In this document: positions 17,010 to 27,163 of the stretch, in pieces
Layout: each line of letters begins with the position of its first letter
Numbering within the stretch: position 1 is the first letter of the stretch
From: Acidimicrobiales bacterium
GTDB lineage: Bacteria > Actinomycetota > Acidimicrobiia > Acidimicrobiales > SZUA-35
Assembly (NCBI GenBank): GCA_041584095.1
Contig: JBFHEP010000003.1
Location: 1 to 38,431, forward strand
DNA: 38,431 nt
Reading direction: 5' to 3'
The notes under the pieces: model-generated
What the model was told of the DNA's origin: nothing
The model's database searches: none
The model's input: only the letters and a program-made list of their open reading frames with translations
Translations under genes and position numbers: made by a program

Positions 17010-18020
17010 GTGAGCACCTACGAGATACTCAGCCTGATCGACCACCTACCCGACCCGAAGACCGGTCACCTGCCGAGCCAAAGGGAGAGGATCCGGTCGG
17101 TGGTGGACCAGGCGGTGGCCACCGAGTCATTCGGATTCGCCGGGTTCAACGTCGGCGAGCACCACTTCGGGCGGTACATCATGCCCGCCCCGGAACTCCT
17201 GCTCAGCTATGTTGCCGCCCGCACCGTCCGGATTCGGCTCGGCACCTCCGTGTCGCTGCTGGCCAATCTCGATCCGGTTCGATTTGCCGAGCAACTGACC
17301 GTGCTCGACGTGCTGACCGACGGCCGCATCGAGGTCACATTCGCCAGGGGCGCGTCGCAGGCCACGGCCCGGGCGTTCGGGTCCGAGAGCTTCGAGGAGC
17401 TTCGACCGAAGTTCGACGAATCATTGCGGCTCGTGCTTCGCCTGCTCGAAGAAGACACCGTCACATGGACCGGCGAGCATCGGACACCGCTCGACGATGT
17501 CCGGCTCGAACCGAGACCCCTGCAGCCGCCTCGAGACATGATCTGGGTCGGCGGTGGACTCTCGACGATCTCGGCCGACCTCGCCGCCGATCTCGGCCTG
17601 CGGTTCATGCTCCCCAGCCTGTTCCGGTGGCCGGAGGACTATCGCGACATCGTCGACCGGTACCGGGAGCGGGCAACGGCCAACGGGTTCGACGACGGCA
17701 TCGAGATCGGCTTTCCCACGTACGTGCACGTGGCCCCGACCTCGCAGCTCGCCCGGCGGCGGTGGCGGCCCTACCTTGAGTCGTACCGGGATTTCGCCAT
17801 GTCGCTGCGAGGCAGTTTCGGTCGACCGGTCGACTACGACTCTCTCCTGCGGGGACCCGCCATCGCCGGTAGCCCGGCCGAGGTGGTCGAACGGATCGTC
17901 GAGATCGACAAGACCCTCGGACTCGACCGGCAGTTGTTCCTCCTCGACATCGGTGGACTTCCTGAACCACTTCTCCACGAATCGATGGCGCTCCTGGCCG
18001 AGGGTCTCGGCCAGGCCTAA
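17010..18020 (+). CDS. LLM-class (luciferase-like) flavin-dependent oxidoreductase
   Basis: GEHHF, AARTVRIRLGTSV, DPVRFAEQ..LDVLTDGRIE, PRPLQ and GSPAEV motifs; start GTG 17010 preferred. Confidence 0.9.
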   Translation: MSTYEILSLIDHLPDPKTGHLPSQRERIRSVVDQAVATESFGFAGFNVGEHHFGRYIMPAPELLLSYVAARTVRIRLGTSVSLLANLDPVRFAEQLTVLDVLTDGRIEVTFARGASQATARAFGSESFEELRPKFDESLRLVLRLLEEDTVTWTGEHRTPLDDVRLEPRPLQPPRDMIWVGGGLSTISADLAADLGLRFMLPSLFRWPEDYRDIVDRYRERATANGFDDGIEIGFPTYVHVAPTSQLARRRWRPYLESYRDFAMSLRGSFGRPVDYDSLLRGPAIAGSPAEVVERIVEIDKTLGLDRQLFLLDIGGLPEPLLHESMALLAEGLGQA

Positions 18021-18106
18021 CGGGCCGGGTCGGCGGAGCCGGGCCGGGCCGAGAAGGCACGCTGACCGTCTCGACATCAGACTCGGCGGTCACACTACAG
18101 TGACCG

Positions 18107-18844
18107 ATGATGAGGGTCGCGCTGTTCGCCACGTGTCTGGTCGACGCCATGTCTCCCGACGTCGGCAAGGCCACCGTCGAGGTCCTCGAACGCCTCGGCT
18201 GCACCGTCGAGTTCCCCCTCGGTCAGACCTGTTGCGGTCAGATGCACACCAACTCCGGCTACCCCGACCAGGCTGCGCCGATGGTGGCCGGCTTCCAGGA
18301 GACGTTCGCCGACTACGAGTACATCGTGGCCCCCAGCGGGTCCTGCGTCGCCTCGGTCAAACACCAACACGAATGGGTGGCCGCCAACCATTTGACCGAT
18401 CGTCACGTGTCCGCCGCTCACTGGTTGGCCGAGCGAACCTTCGAACTGTCCGAGTTCATCGTCGACGTACTCGGCGTGACCGACGTCGGCGCGTTCTACC
18501 CCCATCGGGTCACCTATCACCCGGCCTGCCACGCCACCCGCCTGCTCGGCATCGGAGATCGGCCACTGCAGCTCCTCCGGGCCGTTCGCGGCCTGGAGTT
18601 GGTTGAGCTGCCGGAGGCGACGAGCTGCTGCGGCTTCGGCGGCACGTTCGCCCTCAAGAACTCCGACGTGTCGAGCGCCATGCTCGCCGACAAGATCCAC
18701 CACGTCCTGTCGACCGGTGCCGAGAATTGTGTGGCAGCCGATGCGTCGTGCCTCCTGCACATCGGGGGCGGGCTGTCACGAAACCGAACCGGCGTCACCA
18801 CCGTTCACCTGGCCGAAGTGCTCGCCTCGACGGAGGATCCATGA
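18107..18844 (+). CDS. lutA: L-lactate utilization Fe-S protein LutA/YkgE/LldE
   Basis: RVALFATCLVD, QTCCGQ, PSGSC, YHPACH, CCGFGGTF and SCLLHIGG (two CCG domains). Confidence 0.93.
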   Translation: MMRVALFATCLVDAMSPDVGKATVEVLERLGCTVEFPLGQTCCGQMHTNSGYPDQAAPMVAGFQETFADYEYIVAPSGSCVASVKHQHEWVAANHLTDRHVSAAHWLAERTFELSEFIVDVLGVTDVGAFYPHRVTYHPACHATRLLGIGDRPLQLLRAVRGLELVELPEATSCCGFGGTFALKNSDVSSAMLADKIHHVLSTGAENCVAADASCLLHIGGGLSRNRTGVTTVHLAEVLASTEDP

Positions 18845-20331
18845 GCACCTCGAATGAGCCGACCAGGGGGACGCCGACCACCCGGTGGCCACGGGCCACC
18901 AACACGATGCACCTCCACGGTGACTCCTTTCCCCGAGCCGCCAGAGTGGCGCTGGCCGATCCCCAGCTCCGGCGCAACATCGGCAAGGCCACCACCACCA
19001 TCCGCGACAAGCGGGCGTCCGTCGTCGCCGAGCTCGACGATTGGGCCGAGCTGCGGGCGGCCGGTGCGGCTATCAAGGATGCGACGATGGCCGGCCTCGG
19101 CGACCACCTCGAACGTCTGGAGGCGGAGGTCACCGAGCGCGGTGGGGTCGTGCACTGGGCGGCCGACGCGAACGAGGCCAACCGGATCGTGATCGAGATC
19201 GCCCGCCGGGCCGAGGCTCGCGACGTTGTGAAGGTGAAGTCGATGGCGACCCAGGAGATCGGTCTCAACGAGGCCCTGGCCGACGCCGGAATCTCCGCCT
19301 GGGAAACCGACCTGGCCGAGCTCATCGTCCAGCTCGGTCGCGATGTGCCCAGCCACATCCTGGTGCCTGCGATCCACCGCAACCGCTCCGAGATCCGCGA
19401 CATCTTCCGCCGGGAGATGGGCAAGGTCGGCGTCCCTGCCCCCGATGGGCTCACCGACGACCCGCCGGCGCTGGCCGAGGCGGCCCGAGTCCACCTTCGA
19501 AACCGATTCCTGACGACTGACGTCGCCATCTCCGGTGCCAACTTCGGGGTGGCCGAAACCGGCACCGTCATGGTGGTGGAGTCCGAAGGAAACGGCCGGA
19601 TGTGCCTCACGCTGCCAAGGGTGCTGGTCACCGTGATGGGCATCGAGAAGCTCATTCCCAGATGGCGCGATCTCGAGGTCTACCTGCAACTCCTGCCCCG
19701 CTCCAGCACCGGTGAGCGCATGAACCCCTACACCACGATGTGGACCGGGGTGACACCGGGCGACGGGCCCGAGGAGTTCCACCTGGTGCTGCTCGACAAC
19801 GGCCGCTCCACGGTCCTGGCCGACCCGGAAGGCCGTTCGGCGCTGCGCTGCATCCGCTGCTCCGCCTGCCTCAACGTGTGCCCGGTCTACGAGCGAACCG
19901 GCGGCCACGCCTACGGTTCGATCTACCCGGGCCCGATCGGCGCGGTACTCTCGCCCCAGCTCACCGGGGTTGCCGACAACGCCTCGCTGCCCTTCGCGTC
20001 AACCTTGTGCGGGGCCTGCTATGACGTCTGCCCGGTGGCCATCGACATCCCGACGATGCTGGTCAGCCTCAGAGCCAAGGTGGCGGCGGATGAGTCCACC
20101 GGAGACGCCAGGGAGCGGGCGGTGTTCCGGTCGGCGGCGTGGTTCATGTCGCGCCCGAAACGCTGGTCGAGGCTGCTCCGCTCGATGCGGGCGTTTCGGT
20201 TCTTGGCTCGCAACGGCTCGATCCGGAATCTGCCGCCGCCGTTGAACGGCTGGTCGGCCACCCGCGATCTCCCGGCACCGCCCGAGCAGTCGTTCCGCGA
20301 CTGGTGGACGGCCCGGGAAACGCCACGGTGA
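18841..20331 (+). CDS. lutB: L-lactate utilization Fe-S protein LutB/YkgF/LldF
   Basis: KVKSMATQEIGLN, ETDLAELIVQL, PSHILVPAIH, ESEGNGR, CIRCSACLNVCP and LCGACYDVCP motifs; ATGA overlap with lutA. Confidence 0.95.
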   Translation: MSTSNEPTRGTPTTRWPRATNTMHLHGDSFPRAARVALADPQLRRNIGKATTTIRDKRASVVAELDDWAELRAAGAAIKDATMAGLGDHLERLEAEVTERGGVVHWAADANEANRIVIEIARRAEARDVVKVKSMATQEIGLNEALADAGISAWETDLAELIVQLGRDVPSHILVPAIHRNRSEIRDIFRREMGKVGVPAPDGLTDDPPALAEAARVHLRNRFLTTDVAISGANFGVAETGTVMVVESEGNGRMCLTLPRVLVTVMGIEKLIPRWRDLEVYLQLLPRSSTGERMNPYTTMWTGVTPGDGPEEFHLVLLDNGRSTVLADPEGRSALRCIRCSACLNVCPVYERTGGHAYGSIYPGPIGAVLSPQLTGVADNASLPFASTLCGACYDVCPVAIDIPTMLVSLRAKVAADESTGDARERAVFRSAAWFMSRPKRWSRLLRSMRAFRFLARNGSIRNLPPPLNGWSATRDLPAPPEQSFRDWWTARETPR

Positions 20332-20343
20332 GGGGGAGGATCC

Positions 20344-21033
20344 ATGACTGATCCGATGCAGAACAGGGCTTCGGTGCCGGCCACCCGAACGTCCCGTCAG
20401 GCGATTCTCCATCGGGTGCGGACCGCCACCACCGACTTCTCACCGGCCCCGGTGCCCCGTGATTACCGGCAGGCCGGTGCCGACCCGCGGCCCAGCCTCG
20501 ACACCATGCTCGAGATCTTCATCGACCGACTCGTCGACTACAAGGCCGATGTCACCCGATGTGATCCGGCCGATGTCGGCACCGCTGTTGCCGGCCATCT
20601 CGCGACCGAAGGCGCCGTCCGGATCGTCGTACCCGATGGATTTCCCGACGAGTGGGTCGAGGCCCCGACCGACACCGAGCCGGGTCTGGTTCGACTCGAC
20701 GACTCCGGACCACTCTCGGTCGACGAGCTCGACGCCGCCGACGGTGTGATCACGACGTGCGCCGTCGCCGTGGCCGAGACCGGCACCATCGTGCTCGACG
20801 GGGGAGCCGGGCAGGGACGACGGGCGCTCACACTCCTGCCCGATCTCCACGTTGTGGTCGTGACCACCGATCAGCTGGTGGCCCGGGTCCCCGACGCCCT
20901 CGACCGGCTCGATCCCCGCCGCCCGCTGACCTGGATCAGCGGGCCGTCGGCGACGAGCGACATCGAACTCAACCGGATCGAGGGGGTTCACGGTCCCCGG
21001 CGGCTGCGGGTCGTGGTGACCGGGTCCAGCTAG
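20344..21033 (+). CDS. lutC: L-lactate utilization protein LutC/YkgG/LldG
   Basis: AVAETGT, GRRALTLLP and ISGPSATSDIELNRIEGVHGP motifs; GGAGG RBS. Confidence 0.93.
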   Translation: MTDPMQNRASVPATRTSRQAILHRVRTATTDFSPAPVPRDYRQAGADPRPSLDTMLEIFIDRLVDYKADVTRCDPADVGTAVAGHLATEGAVRIVVPDGFPDEWVEAPTDTEPGLVRLDDSGPLSVDELDAADGVITTCAVAVAETGTIVLDGGAGQGRRALTLLPDLHVVVVTTDQLVARVPDALDRLDPRRPLTWISGPSATSDIELNRIEGVHGPRRLRVVVTGSS

Positions 21034-21099
21034 CGTGGATTTGTCCAATCAGCGCACGACCGGGCGCGACGGACCGGTCCAGGCCATGGAGGTCACCGT

Positions 21100-22770
21100 T
21101 TGCCACAGCGACGCAACGATACCGAATCGGTCGAGGACCGCCGGTTCGACTTCGTCGTCATCGGCGGAGGATCCGCCGGTTCGGCCATCGCCAACCGCCT
21201 GAGCGCCGACCGGTCGAACCGGGTGCTGGTGCTCGAAGCCGGGCGCCCGGACTACAGGTGGGACGTGTTCATACACATGCCCGCCGCGCTCACCTACCCG
21301 ATCGGCAGCCGGTTCTACGACTGGAAATACGAGACCGAGCCCGAACCGTACATGGGCGGTCGGCGGGTCTACCACGCCCGGGGCAAGGTGCTCGGCGGAT
21401 CGAGCAGCATCAACGGCATGATCTTCCAGCGGGGAAATCCGATGGACTACCAGAAGTGGGCGGCCAAGCCGGGCCTCGGGGAGTGGAGTTACGCCCACTG
21501 CCTGCCCTACTTCAAGCGGATGGAGACCTGCCTCGCCGGAGCCGACCAGTGGCGGGGTGGCGACGGACCGCTCATCCTGGAGCGGGGTCCGGCCTCATCG
21601 CCACTGTTTCAGGCTTGGCTCGACGCAGGACCTCAGGCCGGGTTCAACCGCACGGCCGATGTCAACGGCTACCGGCAGGAGGGCTTCGCCGCCTTCGACA
21701 AGAACGTGTACCGGGGGCGGCGATTGAGCGCGGCCCGGGCCTACCTGCACCCGGTAATGGACCGCGCCAACCTCGACGTCGTCACGCGGGCCCTGACCAC
21801 CAGGATCGACTTCGACGGCGATCGGGCGGTCGGCGTCACCTATCGCCATCGCCGGCGGACCAATACGGTGAAGGCCGACAACGTGGTGTGCTGTGGCGGG
21901 GCCTTCAACACACCCCAGCTCCTCCAGCTCTCCGGCGTCGGCGATCCCGACCATCTTCGGTCGGTCGGCGTCGACCCGGTGGCCGCCGTGCCCGGCGTCG
22001 GTGAGAACCTCAAGGATCACCTCGAGGTGTACATCCAGTTCGCCTGCACGAAGCCGGTGTCGATGCAGCCCCACCTGGCCAACTGGCGCAAGCCGTGGAT
22101 CGGGCTGCAGTGGTTGGCTCGACGGGGTCCGGCGGCCACCAACCACTTCGAGGCGGGGGCGTTCGTTCGCAGCAACCCCGCCGAGGCCTACCCCAACCTC
22201 ATGTTCCACTTCCTCCCGATCGCCATCCGCTACGACGGCACGGCACCCACCGAAGGTCATGGCTACCAGGTTCACGTCGGACCGATGTACTCCGACTCCC
22301 AGGGCACGGTGAGAATCCGGTCGGCCGATCCGACCGAGAAGCCGGCGATCCGGTTCAACTATCTGTCAACCGAACAGGACCGGCGGGAATGGATCGAAGC
22401 GGTGCGGGTGACCCGCCACATTCTCAACCAGCCGGCGTTCGAACCCTACAACGGGGGGGAGATCTCGCCCGGACCGTCGGTCGACACCGATTCCGAGATC
22501 ATGGCCTGGGTCGCCCGCGATGCCGAGACGGCCCTGCATCCCTCATGCACGGCCCGAATGGGGATCGACGACATGGCGGTGGTCGACCCGGCGACGATGG
22601 CGGTTCACAACGCCTCGAATCTCTTCGTGGTCGACGCCTCGGTCATGCCGGAGATCACGAACGGGAACATCTACGCTCCGACGATGATGATCGCCGAAAA
22701 GGCGTCGGATCTGATCCTCGGCAACACCCCACTGGTTCCCGAGAAGGTGGAGGTCCATCATGGTGGCTGA
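21100..22770 (+). CDS. betA: Choline dehydrogenase (GMC oxidoreductase)
   Basis: [41 protein letters not shown] and [16 protein letters not shown]; closely matches actinobacterial BetA. Confidence 0.88.
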   Translation: MPQRRNDTESVEDRRFDFVVIGGGSAGSAIANRLSADRSNRVLVLEAGRPDYRWDVFIHMPAALTYPIGSRFYDWKYETEPEPYMGGRRVYHARGKVLGGSSSINGMIFQRGNPMDYQKWAAKPGLGEWSYAHCLPYFKRMETCLAGADQWRGGDGPLILERGPASSPLFQAWLDAGPQAGFNRTADVNGYRQEGFAAFDKNVYRGRRLSAARAYLHPVMDRANLDVVTRALTTRIDFDGDRAVGVTYRHRRRTNTVKADNVVCCGGAFNTPQLLQLSGVGDPDHLRSVGVDPVAAVPGVGENLKDHLEVYIQFACTKPVSMQPHLANWRKPWIGLQWLARRGPAATNHFEAGAFVRSNPAEAYPNLMFHFLPIAIRYDGTAPTEGHGYQVHVGPMYSDSQGTVRIRSADPTEKPAIRFNYLSTEQDRREWIEAVRVTRHILNQPAFEPYNGGEISPGPSVDTDSEIMAWVARDAETALHPSCTARMGIDDMAVVDPATMAVHNASNLFVVDASVMPEITNGNIYAPTMMIAEKASDLILGNTPLVPEKVEVHHGG

Positions 22771-23494
22771 ACTCGATGGAGCAGTGGTCGTGGCCGGCGC
22801 CGCCGGAGGGATCGGCCGAGCCGTCGTGGCCGAGTGCAGGGCTCACTCGGCGCCGGTGGCGGCTCTCGTCCATCGCGCCTCTCCGGAACCGTCGAAGACG
22901 ATTCCGGAGTTCGTCGTCGACATCACCGACCGTGATGCGTTGTCGTCGGTCATCGATCAGGTCGTGGCCGAGGTCGGCCCGATCGTCGGCCTCGTCAACG
23001 CCGTCGCCGTTCAGCACGTCGGCCGCCTCGACGAACTGACCGGGGCGGAGTGGGAGACGACGCTGAACGTCAACCTCACCGGTGCCCATCATCTCACCCA
23101 GGAGGTCGCCGCAGCAATGGCGGCGACCGTGACCCGAGGCGGGTCCGTCGTACACATCGCCTCGATCGAAGGACATCGTCCCGCCCCGGCCCACGGTCAC
23201 TACGCGGCCACGAAAGCAGCCCTGATCTCGTACGTGAAGGCGGCTGCCGTCGAACTCGGCTCCAGCGGCGTCCGAGTCAACTCCGTCTCACCCGGCCTGT
23301 GTCATCGACCGGACATCGAAGCCCAGTGGCCGGAGGGCGTCGAGCGCTGGTTGTCGATCGCCCCCCTGGGTCGTCTCGTGGCGCCGGAGGAGGTGGCGCG
23401 GGCCTGTTGGTTCCTCTTGTCGGACCAGTCGGCCGCCATCACCGGCGCCGACCTCGTCGTCGACGCCGGCGTGATGGCCACGGCCGGCTGGTAG
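22760..23494 (+). CDS. Short-chain dehydrogenase/reductase
   Basis: GAAGGIG, VNLTG, ASIEG, YAATK and RVNSVSPG motifs; overlaps betA by 11 nt. Confidence 0.92.
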   Translation: MVAELDGAVVVAGAAGGIGRAVVAECRAHSAPVAALVHRASPEPSKTIPEFVVDITDRDALSSVIDQVVAEVGPIVGLVNAVAVQHVGRLDELTGAEWETTLNVNLTGAHHLTQEVAAAMAATVTRGGSVVHIASIEGHRPAPAHGHYAATKAALISYVKAAAVELGSSGVRVNSVSPGLCHRPDIEAQWPEGVERWLSIAPLGRLVAPEEVARACWFLLSDQSAAITGADLVVDAGVMATAGW

Positions 23495-23517
23495 AACGAA
23501 CGTCTGGAGGACAATCC

Positions 23518-25527
23518 GTGCTGAAACCCCGAACCCTCCCCACCGGCTGGCATGATCTCGATGCAGGATCACTCGATCTCACCGACCCGGTGCACGCCTG
23601 CTGCCACGGTTCCCGGCTCCTGGGGCGTGAACCCTCCTTCGTGCTCCACGGCGGCGGCAACACGTCGGTCAAGCACCGCTGGGACGACATAACCGGCCGC
23701 GCTGTCGACGCCCTCTATGTGAAGGGCTCGGGTTGGGACCTGGCCACGATCGAACCGGCGGGTTTCGCTCCGCTGCGGTTGAGCCGGCTCCACGAGCTGC
23801 TCGACCTGGATCGGCTGTCGGACACCGACATGACCCGTGAGCTCGCGGCGGCCAAGCTCGATCCGGCGGCACCCCAGCCGTCGGTCGAGGCCCTGCTTCA
23901 CGCCTATCTGCCGTTTCCAGCAGTGCAGCATTCCCATGCCGACGCCATTGTGGCCATGACGAACACGGCGGATGGTGCGGCCAACTGTCGGGAGATCTAC
24001 GGCGACGATGTGGTTGTCATACCGTACGTGATGCCGGGATTCGACCTGGCTCGCGAGGTGAGAAACCTCTGGCCGGGCCAGGCCGGCGATCACACGACCG
24101 GCATGGTGCTGCTCAATCACGGCTTGTTCACCTTCGGACCCGACACCGAGCAGGCGCTGGCCCGACACGTCGAGCTGATCGAGCGGTGCGAAGCGTGGTT
24201 GCGTGATCAGCACACTGCGCCGGCAGCATCTCCTCCTCCGGCCGTGCTCGCAATCGACCGGATCGGAATCTGCCAGGTCAGAGCAGACGTGTCGGCGGCT
24301 GCGGATCGCCCCATGATCACCACGGTGCATCAGGGGCCCGACGTCGCCGCCTTCCTCGGTCGCAAGGAGTGGGCCGACCTGGCGCAACGGGGCCCGCTGA
24401 CCCCCGATCACGTGCTGCGAACCAAGCGGATTCCGCAGATCGGCCGGAACGTTGCATCCTTCGCGACCGACTATCGACGCTACTTCGAGAACAACCAGGA
24501 GCGGGCCCGCCAGGCCGGGCGGAACGACCTGACGATGCTCGACCCGGCCCCTCGGGTGATCCTCGATCAGGAGCTGGGGCTGCTCACGATCGGTCGGACC
24601 CCGGCTGAGTCCGACATCGTGGCCGACATCTATCACCACACGATCGACGTCATCACGGCCACGGAGGACGACCTCGGGGGCTACGTGGCCCTCGACGCCG
24701 CCGACATCTTCGACTGTGAATACTGGGACCTCGAACAGGCCAAACTACGCAGGCAGGGTGCGCCGCCGCCGCTGGCCGGCCAAGTCGCCGTCGTCACCGG
24801 TGCCGCCTCCGGGATCGGCCGGGCCTGCGCCGCCGAACTGATGGCCCAGGGGGCGGCAGTCGTCGGGCTCGATCTGTCCTCGGACACCGCTACCACCTTC
24901 GAACATCCGGCCTGGCTCGGACTGCAGCTCGACGTGACCGACCAGAACGCCGTCGACGCCGGCCTCGATGCCGCGGTGACCAGGTTCGGCGGCGTCGACA
25001 TCGTCGTCGTCTGCGCCGGCGTCTTCGCCGCGTCGCTGCCCATCAGCGCACTCGATGGTGAAGCCTGGCGCCGGACCCAGGCCGTCAATGTCGACTCGGT
25101 CGTCACCCTGTTCAACAAGGTCCATCCGCTGCTGCAACGCTCACCGGTCGAAGGCCGGGTTGTCGTGATCGGCTCGAAGAACGTGGCAGCTCCTGGTCGG
25201 GGTGCCGCAGCCTATTCGGCGTCGAAGGCAGCCCTGACCCAGCTGGCTCGGGTTGCGGCCTTGGAGTGGGCCGACGACGGCATCAGGGTGAATATCGTCC
25301 ACCCGGATGCGGTGTTCGACACCGGCTTGTGGTCCGACGAATTGGTGGCGCAGCGGGCAGAGAGCTACGACATGACCGCCGAGGAGTACAAGCGCCGGAA
25401 CCTGCTCCGAACCGAGGTCACCTCGGCCACGGTGGCGCAAGCTGTCGTGTCGCTCTGCGGGCCGGCGTTCGCGGCTACCACCGGCGCCCAGATTCCCATC
25501 GACGGCGGCAGCGACCGGGTCGTCTAG
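23518..25527 (+). CDS. Bifunctional class II aldolase / short-chain dehydrogenase (RhaEW-like architecture)
   Basis: HGGGNTSVK, VKGSGWDL, PSVEALLH, HSHAD, NHG, TPDHV.RTK and EYWDLEQAKL in the aldolase half; TGAASGIG, SKN and YSASK in the SDR half. GGAGG RBS before GTG 23518. Confidence 0.92.
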   Translation: MLKPRTLPTGWHDLDAGSLDLTDPVHACCHGSRLLGREPSFVLHGGGNTSVKHRWDDITGRAVDALYVKGSGWDLATIEPAGFAPLRLSRLHELLDLDRLSDTDMTRELAAAKLDPAAPQPSVEALLHAYLPFPAVQHSHADAIVAMTNTADGAANCREIYGDDVVVIPYVMPGFDLAREVRNLWPGQAGDHTTGMVLLNHGLFTFGPDTEQALARHVELIERCEAWLRDQHTAPAASPPPAVLAIDRIGICQVRADVSAAADRPMITTVHQGPDVAAFLGRKEWADLAQRGPLTPDHVLRTKRIPQIGRNVASFATDYRRYFENNQERARQAGRNDLTMLDPAPRVILDQELGLLTIGRTPAESDIVADIYHHTIDVITATEDDLGGYVALDAADIFDCEYWDLEQAKLRRQGAPPPLAGQVAVVTGAASGIGRACAAELMAQGAAVVGLDLSSDTATTFEHPAWLGLQLDVTDQNAVDAGLDAAVTRFGGVDIVVVCAGVFAASLPISALDGEAWRRTQAVNVDSVVTLFNKVHPLLQRSPVEGRVVVIGSKNVAAPGRGAAAYSASKAALTQLARVAALEWADDGIRVNIVHPDAVFDTGLWSDELVAQRAESYDMTAEEYKRRNLLRTEVTSATVAQAVVSLCGPAFAATTGAQIPIDGGSDRVV

Positions 25528-25551
25528 ATCGACGAGGAAGGTGTTCGAAAC

Positions 25552-26553
25552 GTGGAGACCATTGTCTGGAACGATGAAGCGATCGACCTGATCGACCAGA
25601 CGAAACTACCCCAGGAGCTGAGCCTGTTCCGGGCCACCACGGTGGCCGAGCTGGTCGACGCCATCAAGCGGCTCGTCGTGCGAGGCGCACCGGCGATCGG
25701 TGTGGCCGGCGGCTATGGCGTGGTGCTGGCGATGGGAGAAGCCGACCCGGCCACCGATCCGGCGGCCTTCAGTGGTCTCGTCAACCGGCTCCGCAACGCC
25801 CGCCCGACAGCGGTGAATCTGGCGGTGCGGGTCGATGAGGTCTTGGCCATGGTCGCCGGCGGACGCCAGGCGGCACTGGCTGCCGCGCATCGGATCAAGG
25901 ACCAGGAGATCCAGGCATCGATCGCCATGGGGGAGCGGGGCGCCGATCTCGTGGCCGACCTCGTCGGCACGCAACCTATTCGAGCCATGACGATCTGCAA
26001 CACCGGCGGGTTGGCCACCGTCGAGCGGGGGACCGCCCTGGCCGTCATCCAAACGCTCCACGAACGCGGCAGCCTCGAGATCGCCTACCCGCTCGAAACC
26101 CGCCCGCTGCTCCAGGGAGCCAGGCTCACCACCTGGGAGCTCGGCCGGATGGGCGCTCCGTACCGGCTCGTGGTCGACTCGGCCGGCCCGGCGCTCATCA
26201 GCCGGGGGCTGGTCCACGTTGTCGTGGCCGGCGCCGACCGCATTGCGGCCAACGGCGATTCGGCGAACAAGATCGGCACGTATTCGCTGGCCTTGGCCGC
26301 TCACCGCGCCGACATCCCGTTCCTGATCGTGGCACCGGAGTCGACGGTCGACAGCGACACCGCATCCGGAAGCGACATCGATATCGAGCTTCGAGCCGAG
26401 GCCGAGGTCACCGGTTTCGGTGAGGTCCGGTTCGCCCCGGCGGGTGCGGCCGCCCTCAATCCGGCCTTCGACGTGACACCGGCGGAACTCATAACCGCCA
26501 TCGTGACCGACCGCCGGATTGTCCGCTGTCGCGACGGCGAGCGACCGGAATGA
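25552..26553 (+). CDS. mtnA: S-methyl-5-thioribose-1-phosphate isomerase (MtnA/eIF2B-like)
   Basis: IDQTKLP, VRGAPAIG, RPTAVNL, CNTGGLAT, ETRPLLQGARLT, GADRIAANGD.ANKIGT and NPAFDVTP motifs. Confidence 0.93.
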   Translation: METIVWNDEAIDLIDQTKLPQELSLFRATTVAELVDAIKRLVVRGAPAIGVAGGYGVVLAMGEADPATDPAAFSGLVNRLRNARPTAVNLAVRVDEVLAMVAGGRQAALAAAHRIKDQEIQASIAMGERGADLVADLVGTQPIRAMTICNTGGLATVERGTALAVIQTLHERGSLEIAYPLETRPLLQGARLTTWELGRMGAPYRLVVDSAGPALISRGLVHVVVAGADRIAANGDSANKIGTYSLALAAHRADIPFLIVAPESTVDSDTASGSDIDIELRAEAEVTGFGEVRFAPAGAAALNPAFDVTPAELITAIVTDRRIVRCRDGERPE

Positions 26554-27017
26554 GCGGCCTCCCCGATGATCTCGACGCCGACTCGATCAAGCGGATCCTC
26601 GGCCTCGAGCCGCTGGCCGACGAGGGCGGATGGTGGAGCCGGATCTGGTACGACCAATGGTCGAGCGCGATCTACTTCCTGCTCACCCCCGACGACTTCT
26701 CGGCCTTCCATCGCCTCCCGGGACCGGAGGTCTACCACCACTATCTGGGCGCGCCGGTTGAGCTGGTCACACTCGACGATGAGACTGGAGTACAGCGGCG
26801 TATTCTCGGACCCGGGTTGGCCGCAGGGCAACGACCGGTGCTGGTGGTCGAAGGAGGACGGTGGCAGGGCAGCCGCACCACCGGGGCGTGGAGCCTGGTC
26901 GGCACGACGATGGCCCCTCGATTCGAGCTCGGTGATTTCGAGCTCGGGGACCGGGCGGAGCTGACGGTGCTGTTTCCCGATGCCAGGGAGCTCGTCGCCG
27001 AACTGACACGCTCCTAG
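26550..27017 (+). CDS. DUF985 / cupin_5 family protein
   Basis: LGLEP..EGGW, SAIYFLL, FSAFHRL..EVYHHYLG, GPGLAAGQRP, WQGS and SLVGTTMAP.F motifs; ATGA overlap with mtnA. Confidence 0.9.
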   Translation: MSGLPDDLDADSIKRILGLEPLADEGGWWSRIWYDQWSSAIYFLLTPDDFSAFHRLPGPEVYHHYLGAPVELVTLDDETGVQRRILGPGLAAGQRPVLVVEGGRWQGSRTTGAWSLVGTTMAPRFELGDFELGDRAELTVLFPDARELVAELTRS

Positions 27018-27163
27018 GCCTGCCCTCGCCATTCGCGACCATCGACGGGCCGGGGAATCCGACGCCGAATCGGCAAGAAACAAGCGCATGTTGTCGAACA
27101 AACGACAGGCTTCTCCGGTTCGGTCCGCCCAAAGAGCCGCCGGACAGCCTAATCTTTGCCGCC

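Noticed and set aside
23050-23517. N-terminal extension of the aldolase/SDR to 825 aa
   Set aside because: It overlaps the upstream SDR in another frame; a GGAGG RBS supports GTG 23518.
23518-25527. Calling the locus a rhamnose catabolism operon
   Set aside because: No rhamnose isomerase, kinase, mutarotase or transporter in the window; mtnA is the adjacent isomerase.
27093-27108. LexA/SOS box upstream of thyX (TCGAAC half-site)
   Set aside because: The second half-site GTTCGA is absent; only a small tgtcg/cgaca stem is present.
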